Positions 1-9,700 are shown, counted from the first letter of the stretch. The stretch is 64,000 nt of DNA from an uncultured delta proteobacterium (GCA_963823335.1 CAWGLD010000004.1:494817-558816); one strand, 5' to 3'. The notes: generated from the letters alone by a model not told the origin. A program made the numbers and translations.

Positions 1-40
1 GAATCACTCCGGGCCTTTTCCTTTTTTAAAATGACGGATA

Positions 41-460
41 TCAGCAGGCTGCCTCGCTTTGTTGCGATGTAAAGTCTTCGTCGAACATGAAAGCAGGCAT
101 ATTTCTTCCAACTTGAATATCAAACTGTGTCGCCAATGCTACCGGTTTTTTACGCCGATCCTCCTCAATGAGATCTACGATTTGATGTCTTTGAAAAGTT
201 TTCAGTGTTCGAGACAAATTGCTCTTATTTCTTCCGGATATTCTGGATAACTCATCTATCGATGCTGGTTTTTCTTTTTCTATAAGTTTTAATAGTTCGA
301 TATTTCTTGTGCTCAAAACCTGCATACAAGTCTCTACAGACTCAAACCAAATCATGGGGGCATTTTTTTGAGGTTTATATTTCCCACAGGCTATTGCCTT
401 TGTATATTTTTGAAATACTTTAAATGGCATTATACCAACCTTGACAATCTTCGTTCTCAT
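41..460 (-). CDS. Putative antitoxin, winged-helix DNA-binding protein (HVO_A0114-like)
   Basis: ATG at 460 with GGAGG upstream. WFES..QVLS..NIELL..I....PASI.EL...SGR..SNLSRTLK is typical of wHTH partners of DUF6516 toxins. Directly downstream of the toxin-like ORF. Confidence 0.7.
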   Translation of the reverse strand: MRTKIVKVGIMPFKVFQKYTKAIACGKYKPQKNAPMIWFESVETCMQVLSTRNIELLKLIEKEKPASIDELSRISGRNKSNLSRTLKTFQRHQIVDLIEEDRRKKPVALATQFDIQVGRNMPAFMFDEDFTSQQSEAAC

Positions 461-483
461 TTTTGCCTCCCCTTCAGAACTTC

Positions 484-846
484 CTATCCATATACTATCT
501 CGTTCACAGCCTTCCAAAAATCGTCCAGAAGTTGGCTGGCTGATGAAAATAAATAGCGCTCAACTTTTTCTTGTTTGTGAACGTGGTCCCAAGTGATGAT
601 ACGGCCAGTGTATTTTTTCGGTCGACGCCCTCTTTTTGGTATCGCATGTGCGTTATCGAAACCTAAAACCCGTGTGTTGTTTCGATCATGCAACGTTAAA
701 GAGTAGTTGATGCCGTGGGGACGGAATTTATCTTTGTCCACTTTACAAGCTTCAAGTTTAACCCAGTAACCGTTGTCGCACCAAAACGAACAGCCATTTA
801 AGTCAAGTAAGGTTAGCAGCTCGGCATCTTCTGCTTCGTATTTCAT
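484..846 (-). CDS. DUF6516 / TumE-family toxin-like protein
   Basis: Motifs RPHGINYSLTLHD..RVLGFDNAH..DHVH..Y.F.....LLDDFW, paired with a wHTH gene. Confidence 0.7.
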   Translation of the reverse strand: MKYEAEDAELLTLLDLNGCSFWCDNGYWVKLEACKVDKDKFRPHGINYSLTLHDRNNTRVLGFDNAHAIPKRGRRPKKYTGRIITWDHVHKQEKVERYLFSSASQLLDDFWKAVNEIVYG

Positions 847-994
847 TTGTATGCCCTTAAGTTATCAACGGATCACAACCTTGTCAACCAAAATATAATA
901 TATTTTTAAATAGTAAAGGTTATATTAATAATTTCATAAGCATTTTTTAAACTAACTTCAGTAAAAAAACAAGCATTTTTACAGTTTAGAATAG

Positions 995-1083
995 CGGACA
1001 CTTCCCGGACACTGATTGCCATGCTTTTAATGTACTTTCATGACTCTCATGCATTTCGTTAATTAAAATATATCAATATATTA
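995..1083. promoter_or_regulatory. Putative integrase arm-type direct repeats plus IHF-binding site
   Basis: CGGACACT twice (995-1002, 1006-1013) and TATCAATATATTA (1071-1083), an exact match to WATCAANNNNTTR, just left of the tRNA fragment. Confidence 0.5.
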
Positions 1084-1110
1084 GATATTTACAGGGGAGG
1101 CGCGGAGGGT

Positions 1111-1154
1111 CTTTCACGCCGGCAACGGGGGTTCAAATCCCCCTGGGGTCGCCA
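1111..1154 (+). mobile_element. 3' fragment of tRNA-Glu(TTC): att core at the right end of an integrative element
   Basis: CTTTCAC GCCGG CAAC GGGG GTTCAAATCCCCCTGGGGTCGCCA gives anticodon loop, T arm, acceptor 3' strand and CCA. The 5' half is absent (upstream AGGGT cannot form the anticodon stem and there is no D arm). Confidence 0.85.
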
Positions 1155-1160
1155 CCCAAT

Positions 1161-1204
1161 TAAAACAGGGACTTAGAAGAAATTCTGAGCCCCTGTTTTA
1201 TTTT
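1161..1204 (+). terminator. Hairpin / intrinsic terminator after the tRNA fragment
   Basis: TAAAACAGGGACTTAGAA..TTCTGAGCCCCTGTTTTA imperfect inverted repeat followed by T-rich sequence. Confidence 0.55.
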
Positions 1205-1349
1205 GGTATTTCTTAGGTCCCCCTATTAGTCCCCCCAAGCACAACAAGAATGAAGGTAACAATCCACACTCGTCACCACTTGACCTTATCGGCCATATTT
1301 GACATCTTGTTCCACCCTACCCCGTTCGCTACATTCAAAAGGAGCATGA

Positions 1350-1634
1350 ATGACACTAACAAAAGCTGATCTTATCGAACATATTCGATCCAACAATGAC
1401 CTGACACAAAAGCAGAGCACCGACCTTGTTGAGACAACCATCAATATCATCAAGAACACACTTGCCTCTGGTGATGATGTCCTGATCAGCGGCTTTGGTA
1501 AGCTCTGTGTGAAAGAAAAAGCGGAACGGAAAGGTAGGAACCCCGTTACTGGGGATGATCAGATGTTGCCGGCAAGACGCGTTGTTACATTCAAGTGCTC
1601 AGGTAAGCTACGGGAGAGTGTAAATAGCAAGTGA
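1350..1634 (+). CDS. ihfA: Integration host factor alpha-like protein
   Basis: MTLTKADL..VLISGFGK..VKEKAERKGRNPVTG..PARRVVTF, with AGGAG RBS. May be an accessory paralog. Confidence 0.8.
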   Translation: MTLTKADLIEHIRSNNDLTQKQSTDLVETTINIIKNTLASGDDVLISGFGKLCVKEKAERKGRNPVTGDDQMLPARRVVTFKCSGKLRESVNSK

Positions 1635-1654
1635 TCATCCTGACATATGAGTTT

Positions 1655-1854
1655 TAAGCCATGCCTCCATGCTCATTTGCACTGTAGTGTATTGATAAAG
1701 AACAACATAAAAACCCGAAATCCGTCTCCGGAAATCGGGTTTTCAGGTTTTGATGACGTTTCTGATGTCTAAAAACACAACTTTTCAAAAATATGGCCAT
1801 CAACATGTCAAAGGATGTTATCACAGGTTTGCCTAACCTGTTGATGAGTTGGAG
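1655..1854. repeat. 200-bp dispersed repeat, copy 1 (copy 2 at 39569-39769)
   Basis: Near-identical from TAAGCCATGCCTCCATG to GATGAGTTGGAG, with internal hairpins. Confidence 0.9.
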
Positions 1855-2099
1855 GCAGTGCGCAACTCGCAAAAGTAGAAAAGCAGGGTCTAATTGGCCC
1901 TGCTTTCACAATAATAGTCGGTGTCTCGGTGTCCCACACTAAACCAGTACCGCCAATAACCTAAAGTGTAGTTTTTCCAATGCTTACGCTTGCCAAGATG
2001 AATATCCTGGTTAAATTGTAAGTGAAACTTTTAATTTTCGGATACGGGAATTGAAGCGGTTCCGCTCCCCGATGACATATCCCCCCAAAAGGAGAAGCC

Positions 2100-3002
2100 A
2101 TGGATCGAGTCGATATCCTCATCATCGGCCAGGGGCCGGCGGGCCTGTCCGCCGCCATCTATGCGGGCCGGGCCGGCATGCGAACCCTGGTACTGGGTTG
2201 CGATCCCAAGGTGGCCGGTGACTACATCATCGATAACTATTTCGGGTTTCCCGAACCGATCACCGGAAAGGAACTCATCGCACGCGGTGTCAGCCAGGCC
2301 GAACGGTTCGGCGTGGGCATGCGCTGCGAACGTGTGTTGGGGATTCATGCCGAAGAAGAGGGTTATGTGGTGCGCACCGAGGCCGAAGAGATCGCAACGG
2401 CGGCCCTGATCCTGGCCACCGGGGTGTCCCGGGTGCGGCCCGGCATCGCAAATATCGCCGACTACGAGGGAAAAGGGGTTTCCTATTGCGTGAGCTGTGA
2501 CGGGTTTTTTCACCGAGACAAGACGGTGGCGGTGCTCGGCGAGGGGATATTTGCCGCCAACCAAGCTCTGGAACTGCTCCAGTATACCCCCCATGTGACC
2601 ATCTACACCCAGGGAAAAGCGTTGGAAATGACCCCAGCCTATACCGACATGCTCGACGAGGCGGGCATTGCCATCTACGAGAACAAGATCGTCTCCCTGG
2701 AAGGAGAGGGCGAATTAATTGCTGCCGTTTTTTCCGACCAGAAGAAAGTGTCCATAGACGGTCTTTATATCGCCATGGGTCAGGCCAGTGCATCGGATTT
2801 CGCCTACAGCCTTGGCCTGGTGCGAAACGGCGATTTCATAGAAGTGGACGACCGACAGCAGACCAACCTGCCCGGCGTATTCGCCGCCGGCGACTGTGTG
2901 GGCCGGTTTCTACAGATCAGCGTGGCCGTGGGAGAAGGGGCCCTGGCCGCCCGGGCCGCCATTGGCCATGCCAAAAAGGTGCGCAAAGCCGAAACCAGCT
3001 AA
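2100..3002 (+). CDS. Thioredoxin reductase-like FAD-dependent oxidoreductase
   Basis: GQGPAG, GKGVSYCVSCDG (CxxC), TNLPGVFAAGD. Confidence 0.9.
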   Translation: MDRVDILIIGQGPAGLSAAIYAGRAGMRTLVLGCDPKVAGDYIIDNYFGFPEPITGKELIARGVSQAERFGVGMRCERVLGIHAEEEGYVVRTEAEEIATAALILATGVSRVRPGIANIADYEGKGVSYCVSCDGFFHRDKTVAVLGEGIFAANQALELLQYTPHVTIYTQGKALEMTPAYTDMLDEAGIAIYENKIVSLEGEGELIAAVFSDQKKVSIDGLYIAMGQASASDFAYSLGLVRNGDFIEVDDRQQTNLPGVFAAGDCVGRFLQISVAVGEGALAARAAIGHAKKVRKAETS

Positions 3003-3150
3003 CCGGTTTCCCTTTCTTAAAAAACCGGTCTCAAGACCGGCGAAATCCATTATGATTTCATCGGGTATTGTTGATTGTTGCATATGGTGCAAAAGTATCG
3101 CTTAGGATAATAACCTTGATAGTCTGGTTTATGGAAAAAAACTGATATCA

Positions 3151-3295
3151 CAGGTCCCCACCCTCAAAAAACAAAAGTTATGGGGTGGTGAATTTTGGAG
3201 CGACGGCAAATATATCGGCACTGTTGGAGAAGCTACATCCGAGAAAGTAATAAGAAGATACATTCAAAATCAGAGTCTCGATAAAACAGAAACCA
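3151..3295 (+). pseudogene. IS200/IS605 TnpA (Y1 transposase) C-terminal remnant
   Basis: Frame from 3151 reads LKKQKLWGGEFWSDGKYIGTVGEATSEKVIRRYIQNQ, the classic TnpA C-terminus. The N-terminal HUH part is absent. Confidence 0.8.
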
Positions 3296-3510
3296 TGCTT
3301 TTCACCAAAGGTAAGAGCTGGAACACAGGTACCTGCCAACAGCAAAATAACCTGCAGATGCAGCTTTCCATTTTCAACGGGTCACATTGGTATCTATTGA
3401 AGGATAGGGCTGTGGGGAACTGATATCTGTTTTCTTTAATGAAGGAACTTGATGTCGAGGATAAGCTATCTTCAAAGAAATCAAGTCGACCTGACCGGGA
3501 GAATATATGG

Positions 3511-4662
3511 ATGACTAATCCGGCCAAACGAACCGGCATCGTTCATCACCCTCGCTATACGGACCATTGTGTAGGCCCTGGTCATCCCGAATGCCCCGGG
3601 CGTTTGGCGGTGCTCTATACTATGTTGGAGGAACCCGGTATGCGGGGATATTTTAAGGACATCACCCCGAGAAATGCAGAAAAAGAAGAGCTTCTCCAGG
3701 TCCATTCTCAAAAATATGTTCGGAGCTTGGAGGCCACACAAGGCATAGCATGCACCTATCTGGATGCTGACACCCAGGCTTCGCCCCATTCCTATGAAGC
3801 ATCGCTGTTGGCTGCCGGCGGCCTTTGCCGGGCCATCGAGCAAGTCCATAAAGGAGAACTGGACAACGCCTTTGCTATGGTCCGGCCCCCCGGACACCAT
3901 GCCGAAAAATCAAAAGCCAAAGGATTTTGCCTTTACAACAATGTGGCAGTGGGCGTGCGCTATGCCCAGACACGCCTTGGCCTCAACCGCATCATGGTGG
4001 CGGACTGGGATCTTCATTTTGGAAACGGTACCCAGCACTGCTTTGAAGAGGACCCGTCGGTACTTTTTTTTTCAACCCATCAGGTATTCACCTTTCCCGG
4101 AGGCGGAAAATTTCGCGAGATTGGAAAGGGCGACGGCAAAGGGTTTTCCGTCAATATTCCCTTGCGTCCCGGATGCGGAGACGGGGAATACATTACCCTC
4201 TTTGAAAAAATTTTAAAACCTGTTGCCCTTGAGTTCGACCCCGAACTGATTCTGGTCAGCGCCGGTTTCGATCCCCATTTCAACGACCCACTCGGGGGCA
4301 TGCGGGTAACGCCTGAGGGGTTTGCTGGAATGACCCGCTCGATCCTGGATATTGCCGACCGCTGCTGTGGAGGCAAGGTGGTTATGACTCTTGAAGGAGG
4401 ATATGGCCTGGAGGGGCTCCGAGATTCCGTCCGGGCGGTTCTTAGAGAGTTGGCCGGACTGCAGCGAACAGATACTGCCGCGATCATGGCTACAGCAGAT
4501 CAGATAAAACTCAAATACGTGCTCTGGCGGGTAAGGCGAGTCCTTGGCGGGCACTGGAAAAGTCTTCAGACGTCCCCAGACGACGACGCGAACCTGAGGC
4601 TTTCCCTTTCAGAGCGGTTGGGTGAAACCGTGGCACGCGTTCTGGATTATCTTAAAAGTTGA
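3511..4662 (+). CDS. Zn-dependent histone-deacetylase-family amidohydrolase
   Basis: HPE, RPPGHHAE, GFCLYNN, DWDLHFGNGTQ, SAGFD..DPLG, LEGGY. Start taken at ATG 3511. Confidence 0.92.
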   Translation: MTNPAKRTGIVHHPRYTDHCVGPGHPECPGRLAVLYTMLEEPGMRGYFKDITPRNAEKEELLQVHSQKYVRSLEATQGIACTYLDADTQASPHSYEASLLAAGGLCRAIEQVHKGELDNAFAMVRPPGHHAEKSKAKGFCLYNNVAVGVRYAQTRLGLNRIMVADWDLHFGNGTQHCFEEDPSVLFFSTHQVFTFPGGGKFREIGKGDGKGFSVNIPLRPGCGDGEYITLFEKILKPVALEFDPELILVSAGFDPHFNDPLGGMRVTPEGFAGMTRSILDIADRCCGGKVVMTLEGGYGLEGLRDSVRAVLRELAGLQRTDTAAIMATADQIKLKYVLWRVRRVLGGHWKSLQTSPDDDANLRLSLSERLGETVARVLDYLKS

Positions 4663-4679
4663 CAAAGAAGGAACCCGAC

Positions 4680-5270
4680 ATGGCACCATTCAGGGAATCT
4701 ATCCGGCGCCTCGCGCAAAACATGCAATCCTGTGAGGAGTGGCTCGAACTTGCCAGGGATCTTAACGAGCCAATTCACATAGGCAAGGCGCCCGCCGGCC
4801 TGCATATGCGGTGGGCCCGCAATGAGGATCTGTTTACCATCAATGCCATGGAAGGGTTTGTAAAAGAAACTGAATTCATGGAAAAATCCCTTCGAAAAGG
4901 AGATCGCTGCCTTCTGTTGGAGGACGACGGAACCATGTGCGCCTTTACCTGGGTAACGTTCCGGGATTTCAAGCTTGCCCCCTGGTACACCCTCAAACTA
5001 CCTCCGGGTTGGTGGTACCTAGTCTATATTTTCGTGCACCCGACATACGGCCGCAGAGGCATCGCTTCCTTTCTGTTGGGGTCCTTGATGGAAGCCCTGC
5101 GCGACAAGGGCGGCAGTCGTCTGGTATCCGGCATGTACAGCAACTGGAAGGCTTCCATCGCGCTGCACCGTAAAATGGGCTTTTTTGTCCATCGGCGCCT
5201 AACCCAGTGCAAACTGCTGAACATATTCCCAACACCGCCCAGTATAGAGGAGGGCGAGGGGATAACATAA
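4680..5270 (+). CDS. GNAT-family N-acetyltransferase
   Basis: FVHPTYGRRGIAS acetyl-CoA motif and SIALHRKMGF. Abuts the deacetylase gene. Confidence 0.8.
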   Translation: MAPFRESIRRLAQNMQSCEEWLELARDLNEPIHIGKAPAGLHMRWARNEDLFTINAMEGFVKETEFMEKSLRKGDRCLLLEDDGTMCAFTWVTFRDFKLAPWYTLKLPPGWWYLVYIFVHPTYGRRGIASFLLGSLMEALRDKGGSRLVSGMYSNWKASIALHRKMGFFVHRRLTQCKLLNIFPTPPSIEEGEGIT

Positions 5271-5555
5271 AATCAGTTGTTCTTTCCTCCCCCGCCTTTG
5301 CAGGGTCGCAGGGAGGCGATCCACTTTTCAGTTAAATTATGTCAATGAGGAAACATACAAGGTATACAAGTATTTGGAGCCTCTCTAAATGTACAGATAC
5401 TATTGACATGATACGGCAGAGTATTTCCAGCTGCTTTCGACGGAAAGCTTAAACACCTAAAGAAAATTAGCGACGCTTATGGCGATGGTCGATTAGATAG
5501 TCTGGCGTCCGGGGGAGATGGGGCCCGGACGCCAGCGATAGTCAGGTTCAATGTA

Positions 5556-7112
5556 TTACTGCCCCAGGTTATTTTGCATCGTCTTTAGCACCTGTTCGAG
5601 ATTAAAGCTGGCCGGTTTTTGTCGCGGGGGGAACTCCTTATACGTCGCGAGGTGATTCGCTACATAGGACGCGCCTGGCAGAAGCAGATAGACGCGCTCG
5701 AAGCGCCACATATTATACGCCTCCGCCTCGTGATCGGCGCGTTCGAAAGGATCGGTTCTCAGGCAGAAAAGCTTAGGCACGCGCAGTGTTACCAGCGGTT
5801 CCTGCCACACATCAAATCCATGTGCCCGCTGTTCCATGAATACCAGTTTCCATCGGTCGTAGCGAAGATTGGCCAAGCCACCGTCATCGGTCCAGTAGAA
5901 AAATTCCTTGCGCGGTGACTCTTTAACCTCGCCCTTGAAAAAGGGAAGCATGTTGTAGCCGTCAAGATGGACTTTGAAATTCTTCCCATTGGCCTGATGA
6001 CCTTTCAGGAGTTTTTCTTTGATATCCGGCTCACCCGCCGCAGCCAGAAATGTCGGCACAATGTCTTCGTGGGAGAAGATATCATTATAAATGGTTCTGG
6101 GCTTGATCACACCTGGCCACTTGATCAGAGTGGGAACACGGTAACCTCCGTCCCAGTTAGAGTTTTTCTCGTTACGGAACGGGGTGGAGCCGCCGTCCGG
6201 CCAAGAGAAACACTCCGCACCGTTGTCACTGGAATACATGATGATGGTATTATCGGCAAAACCGAGTTCATCAAGCTTATCAAGCAGCTGGCCCACATGA
6301 CCGTCATGTTCGACCATGCCGTCCGGATAAACACCCAGGCCGGTGACGCCTTGTGATTCTTTCTTGAGATGCGTAATCACGTGCATCCGGCTGGAGTTCC
6401 ACCACAAGAAGAACGGTTTGTTTGCCTTTTTGGCCCGATCCAAAAAATCGAGGGCGCCGACGGTGATCTCTTCATCAATGGTTTCCATTCGTTTTTTGGT
6501 CAGCGGGCCGGTATCCTCGATTTTACCGTCTGAAGTGGACTTGATCACGCCCCGGGGGCCAAACTTTTTCTTAAACTCCGGATTCTTTGGATAATCAGCA
6601 TGCTCTGGCTCTTCTTCGGCGTTCAGGTGATACAGGTTGCCTAGGAACTCATCGAAACCATGTGCGGTCGGCAGGTGCTCATCACGATCGCCCAGATGAT
6701 TTTTGCCGTATTGAGCGGTCATATAACCATGGTTTTTGAGCAGCTCAGCCAAAGTCGGGTCTTTTTCTGAAAGGCCTTCTTTTGCTCCAGGCAGGCCGAC
6801 TTTGAGCAAACCGGTGCGAAACGGGCTCTGGCCGGTAATAAATGCAGATCGCCCCGCAGTGCAGGACTGCTGGCCATACCAGTCTGTGAACAAGGCACCT
6901 TCATCAGCAATACGGTCAATGTTTGGCGTTTTGTAACCCATCATACCGCGATTGTAGCAACTGGGGTTATTCCAGCCGATGTCATCACCCCAAATCACGA
7001 GAATGTTGGGTTTGTCCACTTTTGCCATTACAGGGGCCGCAAACCAGACTACGGCAATCAGTGCGGCAAATAAAATAATTACTGTGCTTTGATATGATAA
7101 TCGGGCATTCAT
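5556..7112 (-). CDS. Secreted Cys-type arylsulfatase
   Basis: Signal peptide, PNILVIWGDD, SCTAGRSAFITG (CxAxR), GKNHLG, SSDNG. GC hairpin at 5502-5535 downstream. Confidence 0.92.
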   Translation of the reverse strand: MNARLSYQSTVIILFAALIAVVWFAAPVMAKVDKPNILVIWGDDIGWNNPSCYNRGMMGYKTPNIDRIADEGALFTDWYGQQSCTAGRSAFITGQSPFRTGLLKVGLPGAKEGLSEKDPTLAELLKNHGYMTAQYGKNHLGDRDEHLPTAHGFDEFLGNLYHLNAEEEPEHADYPKNPEFKKKFGPRGVIKSTSDGKIEDTGPLTKKRMETIDEEITVGALDFLDRAKKANKPFFLWWNSSRMHVITHLKKESQGVTGLGVYPDGMVEHDGHVGQLLDKLDELGFADNTIIMYSSDNGAECFSWPDGGSTPFRNEKNSNWDGGYRVPTLIKWPGVIKPRTIYNDIFSHEDIVPTFLAAAGEPDIKEKLLKGHQANGKNFKVHLDGYNMLPFFKGEVKESPRKEFFYWTDDGGLANLRYDRWKLVFMEQRAHGFDVWQEPLVTLRVPKLFCLRTDPFERADHEAEAYNMWRFERVYLLLPGASYVANHLATYKEFPPRQKPASFNLEQVLKTMQNNLGQ

Positions 7113-7520
7113 TGTTTTTCTCCTTTCTGAAGTAAAATTATTGGTTGTTCTACAAACCGCGTGCTAAATACTCGGTTCCGAACCAAAACGCTTGGAGACA
7201 TGCCGTCTCCGGATCTTTTTTCGTTTTGCAGAAAAAGAATTTAAACAGGAGATCAATTGATCGGACATCACAACATTTATTCGAATGATGACAATAAGCG
7301 GATTGGCCGGCTTGTTCTTCATCGGTTTCCCCCCTCTCAAATGGTTTGCATGATTTAAAGAAGATGATAGGTCTGAAAGGGAAGAACAGGTCAAGGATCA
7401 GTTCAGATACGGCTCAGATATGGAGATTCAGCTTCAGACCAAATGTGGTTTGAATGCTATAAGAGCTGCATACATGAATAGGTTGAATGTGTCAAGATTC
7501 GGCTATTTCTGCAGTACCGA

Positions 7521-7562
7521 GTCGGGTGGCCCAGGGGAATCTCACCCCCAGGCTCCCACAGA
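7521..7562 (-). mobile_element. Group II intron 3'-end remnant (domain VI)
   Basis: Minus strand TCTGTGGGAGCCTGGGGGTGAGATTCCCCTGGGCCACCCGAC resembles the DV tail and DVI hairpin ending in AC. The rest of the intron is absent. Confidence 0.6.
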
Positions 7563-7640
7563 GGGGGGCATTTTTCGGCCTTAACTTACCACCGCCGTTA
7601 TACCTGTATCGTCCTGTTTTATTTGCCACCGGAAACATAT

Positions 7641-7839
7641 TAGAAGCTATCTCAAAAAAAAGCTTTTGGCCCAATTTCTGTGTTGGTCCCTTGCTTCAAC
7701 TCCTCGGAATACTTCAGTATGCACCCCAAGGGCATTTCCTGCGGGCACCTGCGGGTTGAAGTTCGGGTCCACCTTGAACTTGACGAAGATCCCGCTCTTT
7801 TTGCGGGGAACCAAAAGCTTTTTTTTGAGATGGTTTCTA
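7641..7839. mobile_element. MITE with ~29-bp terminal inverted repeats
   Basis: TAGAAGCTATCTCAAAAAAAAGCTTTTGG ... CCAAAAGCTTTTTTTTGAGATGGTTTCTA. Homologous in inverted orientation to 33870-34015. Confidence 0.8.
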
Positions 7840-8415
7840 ATCAGTGGCCAATTTTCCAAGCAACCAAGCCATGTTCTGACCGAGCGTTGCCATGGTTCCC
7901 TTGGCCTCTTCATCCTTTTCCACATCACCGATATTCCGGCCGAAACCCATGTTCCAGTAATTAGATCCAGGCACAATCATCTGACTGATAAAGAAAAAGT
8001 GGTTCAAGGAATCAAATGTGTGTATAGCCCCACCCCTGCGGGCGGCAACCACTGCGGCTCCCACTTTTCGCTTGAGCATGCCACCATTGGCAATAGATGT
8101 CATACCAGACCGGTCGATCAATGCCTTGATCTGAGATGTGAGATCGGCAAAATATACCGGAGACGCCAAAATTATACCATCAGCCGTGAGCATTTTTTCA
8201 ATGCATTCATTGGCGATATCTTTTTCTACAGCACAGCGCTGATTTTTATTCTCAAAACACTTGTAGCATGCAATGCAGCCGTTGATTCTTTTTCCTTTCA
8301 TCTGGTATAATTCGGTATCGATTCCCTCTTTCTCCAATTCAGCAAAGACCCAGCGAACCATCGTTGCTGTGTTCCCATCCTTACGTGCACTTCCATTGAA
8401 TGCGACAACCTTCAT
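7837..8415 (-). CDS. Iron-sulfur flavoprotein (Isf) / flavodoxin family
   Basis: FNGSARKDGNT, CIACYKC..C, ASPVYF, RRGGA. Confidence 0.88.
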   Translation of the reverse strand: MKVVAFNGSARKDGNTATMVRWVFAELEKEGIDTELYQMKGKRINGCIACYKCFENKNQRCAVEKDIANECIEKMLTADGIILASPVYFADLTSQIKALIDRSGMTSIANGGMLKRKVGAAVVAARRGGAIHTFDSLNHFFFISQMIVPGSNYWNMGFGRNIGDVEKDEEAKGTMATLGQNMAWLLGKLATD

Positions 8416-8465
8416 AGCTGAACTCTCCCTGTTTATCCGTTCCGGATAAAGTTTGTTATTGACTC

Positions 8466-8879
8466 CTATGCCTTCGTATAGACACCCCTACCTACACTCT
8501 TGATCTTGCCCTGCTTCCTCAACTTAAAAACAATATTTGCCAGTTTCTTTTTATCAAATCCAGTCTTTTCTAAAAGATCTGCGGAAGTGACGCCACTTTT
8601 TGACCCTGTGATAGAATTCAGCACAGTATCGGAGGCAGTGTCAGTTTTCACAGCTTCTTTGATCGGTGCCTTCTTCGCTGGTGCTTTCTTGGGTGCCGTT
8701 TTCTTTGGTTTTGCCTTAGTCTTTGGCACAGGTTTGGCCTTAGTCTTCCTAACAGGTTTAGCTTTAGCCGGTTCCTTAGGTGCTACCTTTTCCAGCTTCT
8801 CTGCCAACTTCTCCACACCCTGTGCTATAGTTCTCAGGCCTTCCGCTACTGCTTTCAACGCTACATCAAAATCCTTCAT
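8466..8879 (-). CDS. Lys/Ala/Pro-rich basic protein with C-terminal winged helix (nucleoid-associated-like)
   Basis: PKK-rich linker, LEKTGFDKKKLANIVFKLRKQGKIKSVGRGVY, GGAGG RBS. Confidence 0.7.
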   Translation of the reverse strand: MKDFDVALKAVAEGLRTIAQGVEKLAEKLEKVAPKEPAKAKPVRKTKAKPVPKTKAKPKKTAPKKAPAKKAPIKEAVKTDTASDTVLNSITGSKSGVTSADLLEKTGFDKKKLANIVFKLRKQGKIKSVGRGVYTKA

Positions 8880-9056
8880 AAATTACCTCCTGTAAAATAA
8901 GTTTGGGGTAGTATAGTGCAGGCGTTGAATAACGCAAGTGGAAAAATATAGAGGTTTGTTGGTAGGTGGCCTTTTTATAAAAATACCTCTGTCTATTCAC
9001 CCCATGCTTTTCTTATTTCATCATCAGTGTTGAAAATATAATCTTGGGCATGTGTT

Positions 9057-9491
9057 TCAAACTGCAACCCGTTCCGGAACAGCCCCCGTTTCTTTACCAA
9101 ACACATATGAGAACAGAATCGCAATAAGATCCCCAATAATGTACGATAGGAAGACAACCACATGGAGAATCGCATAAGGCTGAAATCTCCCCGTAAACAG
9201 GATAGGTGCAACAACCCCTATAAACCAGACAGCCTTGTAACAAAGCTGAAGGAGCAAGACTGGTACAAATTTCAAAGGCGCTTTCAGTCCCAGTATCGAT
9301 AGGAGTCCAGATGATAAATACACACTGCCCATTACTCTGTAAACGATTGGATCTTGGGCAGGCCGGTTGAAAATCATACGCATGTAGGCAGGCATCACGA
9401 TTATCCCCAGACCGAATCCCCCTGCACCAACAATGGTGTAGATGTACATGGCTTTGAGCCAAGCATATCGAATTTTGTGATCCCCTGGCAT
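9057..9491 (-). CDS. Hypothetical membrane protein (about 4 TM)
   Basis: Hydrophobic segments and GGAGG RBS. Confidence 0.6.
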   Translation of the reverse strand: MPGDHKIRYAWLKAMYIYTIVGAGGFGLGIIVMPAYMRMIFNRPAQDPIVYRVMGSVYLSSGLLSILGLKAPLKFVPVLLLQLCYKAVWFIGVVAPILFTGRFQPYAILHVVVFLSYIIGDLIAILFSYVFGKETGAVPERVAV

Positions 9492-9673
9492 ATCTCACCT
9501 CCCCACCTCAGAAAAATAGTAAACAAGACCATCACTGACCCTGCATAGGAAACCTCCTTCCATTCAAAATAGTAGCTGTAAATCATGAACGTAATTACCA
9601 CGCGCCTCCATTAGGGGACCTCCCCTCTGGAGGCACCATAAAAGCAACTTTAAACATCCTTGTGTCAGATAAA

Positions 9674-9700
9674 GGGGAATGCGCTCGCTGTTGCGGTTCA
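9674..9700 (+). repeat. REP-like family, partial copy
   Basis: GGGGAATGCGCTCGCTGTTGCGGTTCA matches the end of 62181-62326. Confidence 0.7.

Noticed and set aside
1090-1154. Intact tRNA-Glu gene
   Set aside because: The 5' acceptor strand, D arm and 5' anticodon stem are missing. Only the 3' 44 nt are present.
7487-8310. Several ORFs across the MITE and intron remnant
   Set aside because: They run through non-coding repeats or antisense to the Isf gene.
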